A stretch of DNA of 57,534 nt, the filler included, from Sphacelaria rigidula (lineage: Eukaryota), in assembly GCA_964200075.2 (NCBI GenBank). It is 7 parts of 7 records of this genome, joined end to end, with 100 filler letters (N's around TTAATTAATTAA, not from the genome) between each part and the next. Parts side by side here need not be neighbours in the genome. Positions count along the whole stretch, not along the records: positions 49,403 to 57,534 come from CAXNAA020012183.1; 6 more parts are not named here. The stretch is one strand, 5' to 3'. A model generated the notes under the pieces. That model made no database searches. It saw only the letters and a program-made list of their open reading frames with translations, and had not been told where the DNA came from. A program made the translations under genes and the position numbers. Within the stretch, counting starts at the first letter, position 1. Each line of letters opens with the position of its first letter. Below are positions 50,158 through 57,534 of the stretch, piece after piece.

Positions 50158-53100
50158 TCAAGTTGTACGATGAGCATCTGGGCTAGGTGGGTGGGAGTCT
50201 TCCTGGCAGGGTTCACCCGTGGGGCTAGGTGCAATCATAAGTGGACGTCGTCCATCTTGTGATTGTACCTGGCCGCGTGGTTGACCGGTAGCTTGGTCAG
50301 ACTGTGTTGGACGTGGCGCAGCGTCAGCGGGCCTAGTCTGATAGTACGGTTGTTGGTACCGCGAGTTGTAGTGGCGGTTATCGTTGCCTTGATGACGATG
50401 TCCCCGTCTAGGGCGATATTGCTGACCACGCGCGTCGCCGGATTGAGGGCGACGGTGAGAACGCATACAACAGTGGATTCTCGAAATTGGGGTTGAAAAG
50501 AAATGAGGTTCAACTCAAAAGCCGTGCTTTCCCTGACTTAAATTCATGACAATGGCTTTCATATGGGTCACCCCATCCCTCCCGACCTCATGAAACCTAT
50601 GTCGAGGGATTTCTAGCCTTCCGTTCCCCCAAACGGTATGTGCGAAAGCACGATTTTGGAGACGAAATACGTCCTTTTTTCACCCCGAGATCGAGGCAAA
50701 GATGTGCTTTTGCACATACCCTCTGGGGGAATGGAAGGCTATAAATACCCCGAAATAGTTATAGGGAGGTCGTGAGGGATGGGGTGGTCCATANNNNNNN
50801 NNNAAAGCACGACTTTTGAGTCGAAACTCATTTTATTTTTCAACCCCATTTTCGAGAATCCACTGTTATACGTATTTGCCAAGTTGGCTAGGATGATGCG
50901 TATCGAGGATCGTGGGACATGTTGTTCAAGACGCCGGATGCGTTCACGAACGGTGCTTCACAGGTACGTATTGCATGAATAGATACGCCGCCGTCGGCGG
51001 AATACCTTGTCCGTCTATCGAACCATACCCCACAATTCAGACACTCATCCTTACACTCGCGGATGAGCTCATTTCGCATGTGGGGTTCGACAGCGTGGGC
51101 CCAAAGGGGGGGGTCATTGTTTTTCATCAACATACTTACGTTGTTTACCTCCGACCAAATTTCATTGGCGAAGGGCCCGCTGGGGAATCGACTAGCGAAC
51201 GCGTCCGGCGCCTGTACTTGTGCAGTTACCACGACCTCCACGGTGGGCGTCATAGATTCGGGCACCCATGTGGGTTGGCCCGATTTTCTGGTCGTTTGCG
51301 CTGGTGGTGCAGAGGCAGCTGCAAGGGTAAAGGGTTCCTGACTATCGATCAGCGGAACATGCTGGCCAAGGCCCGCGGTTGCACCATCTTGTCTCATCCC
51401 AGTGGACTCTATGGCCTGTGCACGATTTGTACCCAACCCCTCTAGTTTGCTCCACATCTCCTCGAGATCCGAAAACGGAACGGCTGCAGTAGCTGCATCG
51501 CCCCCAAAAACACTGGGCATGAGACTGGGATACTGGCGACCCATACTGGAACGAAAGAGTGACATTACTATCTCCTGAGTCGGAGCTAGTTACGCACGCC
51601 ATCAACGGTAACAAAAATCAATGAACGGAAATCCTTGAGGTATTGATCGAACGGGGTGTGTACCGGGACTTTGAAACTGAGCAATCTCTCCATGGACTCC
51701 CCCTCGTAGCTCGTGTCGACCGACGAACTGAGCAGCCGGAGTAAAAGCGTAAACGCTTCGTTCCCGCTTGAGCCCTTGTTGAAGGCCCGCGACACTTGGT
51801 CGAAATGGGCGTCGCACATCGACATGATTTTCGACGATTGCAAAGAGTTAAGGTCGATGGCTTGCTCTATCGCTCGATGCCATCGGCGAATCCACCCGCG
51901 GACCCACTCACTGCTCTCCAGACTGACAAAGTGTGGGTCGCATACGGCAAGGATATCGCTCAATACGTTTTTGAGCGAAGATCTCAGCTGGCTACAATTG
52001 AGACTCGCGTTGGACCCTACAATGAACGGTAACCGGGGTTTGACCTTATCTACACTTTTGATGTTGGGTTCGAGGTAGGCACGACGTATACTTGGGGCGT
52101 CAGGGCGTGGTGTGTTGGTTGGTACAGGTAGCGGTTTGTCTACTTCTCCACACTGAGGGTTTTCAGTTGTGGGCGATGAGCCTTCCGTCTTAACTGTTAC
52201 AAGAACCTGTTTCTTCTCGTTTCTGGTTGATTGACCTTCCTCCTTCTCCTTTAGGAGGGAGTGTCGTTGTTTTGCAACAGTGGAAGACAGAGGTAAGAAA
52301 TCGGACAAGTTGTGAGTTGAGGGGCGCTGTGATCGGGCGCGGTCATTGTTGTTAAACTGCTCCTGACTATCCGTATCGCTTTCATCAGTACTTGACGCAT
52401 GTGACTTAGTGAAAGCCGTCTGTATGTGTGATCGCGTTCGTTTTTTGTTGGCGCCACAGTCCCTGATAGCACCTTGTCCTTTTCCCGCCGTTTGCCACTC
52501 TGTCTCTTTTTGCAGTGGAGTTTGTCCACCTCGTGGCGCACTAACCCCAAAACGTGACCCGAATCATCATGGGAGTTGTCGACGTGGTGCGTGAATTGTT
52601 GTGAGTACGAGTAAACCGTTTTCCGTGTTTCTTCAACGTCGCGGAACATGGTGATGAGAGGCTCAACATATTCGTGTTGGGTCTTTTTCGTCGTGTAGTC
52701 GGGGTGGGGTTGGGATTGCACACACGTAACAACCCCCGCGAGTGTAACTGTACTGCGGTTATTGGGGAACCAGAGGAGAAGGTCTTTGGCCTTCTCCCTG
52801 ATTGGGTCAATGAGATGGTGTGCTTGACATATATAACGTACTAGCTTAGCGGGTTCGTCGACGAACTACAACAGGGCGGCAGTCGCCAAGTTTTCCACAC
52901 CGGACACGTCCCATGCAGACTTACCAGGTTCTTGCAGCCGTAGTGGCGCAGGTGCCGCTTTGTCGTGAGCCGTGCCCATTGCCGCCATCGCGTACGACGG
53001 GTTAGCGTGTGGGACCCGATTGTTGAGTGGGGGGGATTGGAAGGGGGGGGGGGGTGTACACGGCTACCTGAGATCTGAAATGTGGTGACTGAGCGGTTTT

Positions 53101-54039
53101 GTTTCGGTACCGCCGAAAGGACCTGTTGTGGTGGAGGATAAGTCCTGTAGGTAAAGAGCGTGGTGATTCCGTTCGTACTGATGTGGACCTCTCGGCAGTC
53201 ATGGATGAAATTTGAGGTTAATGCATGGTCGCAGGGGGGTCAACAGTCAGTAAGCGAAAACGTCGAAGTTTTTCGTCCAAACCTGATTGTGTCACTGATA
53301 GGCGTGCAGTGGATTGTTCGGCATGTAGTTTATGAGTACGTCGGGTTTCTTCTAACTGTAGCTGCGCAGTGCGCAGAGCTTTTGCCGACTGGCGGAGTAC
53401 CTTATCCTGCTTGCTCTGTGGAGAGCAAGAGCCTGTCGTTGAGTGTCGACATCACGTCGCGTCCGTGCTAGAAATTGGTCACGTTCAGAATCTTGGCGCC
53501 TAGTGCGCTCAGCTTTGGCCCGGCTGGCCTGGATAAACATGTGATCCCAATAATCGGCTTGTTCAGCAGCCGTCCGTTGTTCCCACCTATGAGGGGATAT
53601 GACATCTGGGCGTGAGTGGTGAAACTGTGGTTCCGCCATGTCCCTCACTTTTTTCGCAGGGCGCGTTGCGGTGGAGCTAGATTTTACCTGGTCTGCTGTC
53701 GAGGGCATAACGCCGATATCCGGGTCAAGACCTACGGGGGGGAAAGCGGGGTCTATTATTGCTGAATTTGCGTCACCGCCTGCAGCGGCTGACTGGAGTG
53801 GGGTGTCACTGTTTCAAGTGATCAGAAGTGTGTGGGCCAAAGGGAGATTGATTCCCGTATCCACGTCGACAGTTGCTTTGACGAAAGCATGACCGTGATA
53901 AAAAAAAGTCGTCCACGCCTAGTTCCTGGCCGTTGCTATCGACACTACCAGACCTGGTAGTTCCGTTGTCCGAGGAGGGGGCACCGTCTGCGAGTGTACC
54001 TTGGACAGGTGTTCCCGGCGTGCGTTCGATATCAGACAT
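50158..54039 (-). pseudogene. Fragmented gag-like ORF
   Basis: Co-oriented fragments from MSDIERTPG through a helical region (51586-52308) to RQYPSLMPSVF...CLNCG...H..RTCEAPFVNASGVLN (Zn-knuckle-like) and an R/Q-rich tail. Broken by frameshifts, stops and a MITE. Confidence 0.6.
50468..50868. mobile_element. Foldback MITE with TA target duplication, inserted in the gag-like ORF
   Basis: TA|CAACAGTGGATTCTCGAAA...TTTCGAGAATCCACTGTTA|TA. Inner inverted arms ~50561-50651 / 50704-50793; contains a 10-N gap. Confidence 0.85.
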
Positions 54040-55102
54040 GATATGCGTACTTGAAGGGGTACGTGGTATAGGCGGGGTGGAAATCAAGAGGTTGATCAGG
54101 GATCTGGGTGTTGTACATGTATGCGGGTATGTTATCTGAAACTGATGGCTATGTTGTGTGTTCGTGGATATCGGGGAAGTGTAATAGCTCCTCTGTGGTT
54201 GTGAACCTCCCACGTTGGTTGTGGTCAAATCGGGCGAGTGTACAGACAGAAATTCATCCTACTGAACCATGTGTGACATGGGTGTAACATAGGTGTACGT
54301 ATCGCGCTGTTGAATGTCACGCGCCGTCTTCGAACAAAGGAATTCACCGTCTGTACAGCGGGGTGAATGTGAAACAGCCCGTGTGGACCCTGCCTGCCAG
54401 TAAAGATCGGCAGTTACACACCTATCGGTCGGCTCGGTGAGTACAGGACCGACGACAAATGAACGGGGGAGTTGGAGCGAAGGGGAAAATGTAGTAGTAG
54501 TGTGTCCAGAACGGCCGTGCTGAAACAAAAAAAACGTGAGCGGCTGTATTTTCAGAGACACTTTTGCGGATGAAAAAGGGAACGTTTGTACAGATTGAAC
54601 TTGCGTGACGGCATGCTGTTCTCTTCGCACGGTGTACAACAGTACTAAACAGAGCGCATTCCTCACGGCATGTTGATGTGCACAGTGTCGATGTCCTGTG
54701 GATGGGGGAGGGGGGGTCCTATAGAAAAAGAAGGAGAGGTCGCGAATGCGCGCACGCTTCAAGCGCCTGATGGTGCGTTCGTCACTGTTTGAGACGGTAC
54801 TTGGCACGTTGTGAGCCATCTGTGACCTGCTGTCAGACCAGGGTCGTCGGTAACGCCTGTCAAACTGCAAGTAGGAAGGAAGACAGCTATCTTTGAAAAA
54901 AGAAAGGCAGACACCCGAGTTGTGGTGTATCACACGCCGGCAACGTATACACAATGTTCGAGTCAGGAAGAACAAAAAACGAAAATATTCAAGCTGGAAA
55001 AAAAAAACGTGAGCTCGTGTTCGGCTGGTGCGCAAACAGCGGCCGAGCGAGAGAAAAAACCCTATAGCTTGAATGAAGCAAGCTACCTCTGAAGCCCCAA
55101 AC

Positions 55103-55486
55103 TGTAGTAGTATAGCAGTAGCAGAGCAAGCCGCACCCCAAAGAAGGGATGTGACAAGCCAGTCCTACGTTCGGCTCGTTAAACCAAGTACCAGGTTTAC
55201 AATCTCAACACAACAATTCCAGCTGTTTGGGGGAAAACACAGTCCAAGCCTGAACGATAATTACAATCGGTGGATAAGGATGATAGTACAACACAGCTTG
55301 CAGCGTCAGTTGGCTGTGAACTTGAGACCGAGTAGAACAGGAGAGATTGATGGGGTACTTGACGATTGAAAGCTCTTCTTATATCCAAAAAGGTGTCTGT
55401 AGATCGGTCTGTGGGCAAGTGAGACTCGTGGGGGCGAGTTTCTTCACAAACCTTCCAAGCCACGCGTGCAACACTGTCATACTACA
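55103..55486 (-). repeat. Right terminal repeat (candidate complete 5' LTR, 384 bp)
   Basis: Bounded by the inverted heptamer TGTAGTA...TACTACA. TATA-like ATATAAG on the minus strand at ~55378-55384. On the minus strand it is followed by GTTTGGGGCTTCAG (PBS-like TGG). Confidence 0.75.
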
Positions 55487-55898
55487 AATTCATCCCTGCG
55501 TGTGCCTCCAACCAATCAAGCGTTGGTACGCGTGTCCCCCATGACTAATCCAGCACAGACCATGTTCGAACACAAATTCATGAATACGCCAATCAGCCAA
55601 GCAATAGTCCAGTTTCTGCTTTACACAAGCAAACTTTTGACTAGGATCTCCTCGTACCCGCCGATCGTTTGTGAGACGATCGTGATATCCCACTGTGTTA
55701 GTTTAATTTTCGCACGCGATCATATACCATCACGCTACAATAGTATTATCCTTCGACAGCTCCACCGCGAAACCAGTTCTCAACCCAGCCACGACGAAAG
55801 TGGCCATACAAGGCGGGATAGCTGGTTCAGACAGGATGAAGCGTCTCGCATGGGCGCTACTGGCGAAACAGCCCCAAGCGTAGGACTAACCCTTACCC

Positions 55899-55900
<2 letters not shown>

Positions 55901-55949
<49 letters not shown>
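55901..55949. repeat. (GT)n microsatellite
   Basis: Perfect dinucleotide run. Confidence 0.95.
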
Positions 55950-55952
<3 letters not shown>

Positions 55953-57534
55953 CATTATTGTGGGGCATTCATTTCATCCAACAGACGACTGTACTGTAGT
56001 AATGCTGTACTCTGGTGTGCTGGTATATCTCAGGAGACTGCTGAATGATGCTGTGTTTCAAAGATCGCTGGCGTCTGTCGCCGTATTCGATCGTTTCGCT
56101 GACGGCGGTCGTCGCCGGCGCAACAGTATGAAGTCTTTCTCAGATACTCAAGAAGAGGCGCTCGAAAACTCGATGACTAGTCCAAAGAAGTATGTTTTCA
56201 GCATGCTTGTTACGTGTTCCGTAGCACTTAGACGCAGGTGCTGCTCGAAAGATGACGCACAATGACGGTGTTTTTTCTGTTGGACTGCTCATCAGGAGCA
56301 TGCTTGCGCTGCCGTATAGAAACTTCTGGGTTAGGGTTACATGGTCGAAACCGCTTGCGAATCCCGAGCCTATTGGACGAAACAAGTGAAATTTCGATGG
56401 CGACTTCAATTTCACCCAAATGTTGAACCTCAAAAACGAATCCAGGCTGTTCATTAGCGTTCAACATTACTTTTAGCTCATATTGCATCCATACGCATAT
56501 GCCGCACATGTCAAAACTATTGCGGCATAAAATTTGTATATCCTTCACATCCGTGTTACTCAAGTTGGGAACCTTATCCGGAGCCACCATCCAGTAACAC
56601 ATGCGATGTTTTGTACAGCCACGATCTCCACTGTAAAGTGAGATACAACAGCCTCTCTTAACCATATACTTTCGACTTGCGCCACCCCCGGGAGGCCCGT
56701 AGCAACCTCCCGCCGGGGAACCTTGTATTGTATAGCATGTTGACACCAAACTAGTGCACAGATTAGTAGATAGTAATTATGAGTTTGCAGTTCTCGCATA
56801 GAAAAAAACATATAAATTTTTGTCTGTACGGTTCTGTGACGATGCTTAAATGCGCGAGGAGATAGACAAATTATAGTTCACCTGTCAAATTACGGTGTAT
56901 ATATCTCGCTATTCGCTCTTCAGCAGCGTTTATGTAGAGAACGAGCTATGCTAGCCATCTGCCTGCAACATGGCGATCGAGGTGAGACTAACTGTTTCAA
57001 TTGCCGCCAGCGTTTCCTTTATATCGTAGTGCGTGGACGTACCTTCATGTGTTGTCTGGACAGTTGTGTTTTTTAAGCCGAACTTCAATGATGGCAGCTG
57101 GGTTGATATTTCCCGTTCTGTATATATTTACCAGTATAACACTCGACTCTCATCCACCGATACCGTGCCGTATGTGGGACTTGAACAGCAAAAGACAGCA
57201 AAAGCCGCTCGAAAATAAGAGTTTTGTTTTTGCCCAATTCAAGGTATTGGTGGGCAAAATGAGAATTTTTGTCGAACAGTTTCTGGTGTACAAATTCCAT
57301 TTGCGAGTGTATATGGGATTTGCACAGCCTCTGCTGTTCGAAATGAATCCTTTTGGCCTGATCCCAATAATTTGAAATCAGGACTTGTTTCGAACAGCTG
57401 TGAAAATTACAGATTTCCATAGCACTTGTGCCTCCGAAAACAATCCAGAGAATTTTAATATCGACACTTTCTACGATAGCCCCCCCCAAAACCAGCAAAA
57501 CGTGTGACGAAAAAAATGGCCATACAGCACCTGA

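Larger units (their letters stand above)
49745..55486 (-). mobile_element. LTR-like retroelement encoding only a decayed gag-like protein (TR-GAG/LARD-like)
   Basis: Direct terminal repeats enclose a chain of minus-strand ORF fragments. No RT, RNase H, integrase or recombinase motifs were seen. Confidence 0.7.

Noticed and set aside
54259..55035. 258-aa ORF in the leader of the gag-only element
   Set aside because: Atypical composition, homopolymer-rich and non-ATG start; probably untranslated leader.
56000..57450. Several 100-170 aa ORFs in an AT-richer stretch
   Set aside because: No recognisable domain in any frame, and the overlapping ORFs on both strands look like chance.

Overview
This is eukaryotic, intron-rich, transposon-dense DNA. 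A brown alga (Phaeophyceae, Ectocarpus-like) is inferred from the C-rich acceptor tracts, TTAGGG-type repeats and the style of the copia and RTE elements. The window is not one locus. It is seven pieces of 8134, 8134, 8134, 8134, 8133, 8133 and 8132 bp joined by identical 100-bp N44-TTAATTAATTAA-N44 linkers, i.e. a size-sorted concatenation of contigs, so adjacency across linkers is meaningless. Host genes are all partial: a ChaN/DUF399-like haem-binding-domain gene (minus, three clear exons, one GC-AG intron), two exons of COQ6 (plus), and a C2-like/poly-Ala/C-terminal-TM gene (minus). Mobile DNA comprises a Ty1/copia element with an uninterrupted gag-pol ORF cut by a linker, a decayed RTE-type LINE, a gag-only terminal-repeat element with no pol, two tRNA-derived SINE families, and several non-autonomous DNA-transposon families (TA-, TTAA- and 8-bp-TSD types), some deeply nested. 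I found no CRISPR array, rRNA or intact tRNA, and no demonstrably new biological system. The best leads are the gag-only element, a two-ended repeat family that brackets exon-like segments in inverted orientation, the telomere-repeat-bearing TIR elements and the SINEs. All assignments are by eye, without database searches.
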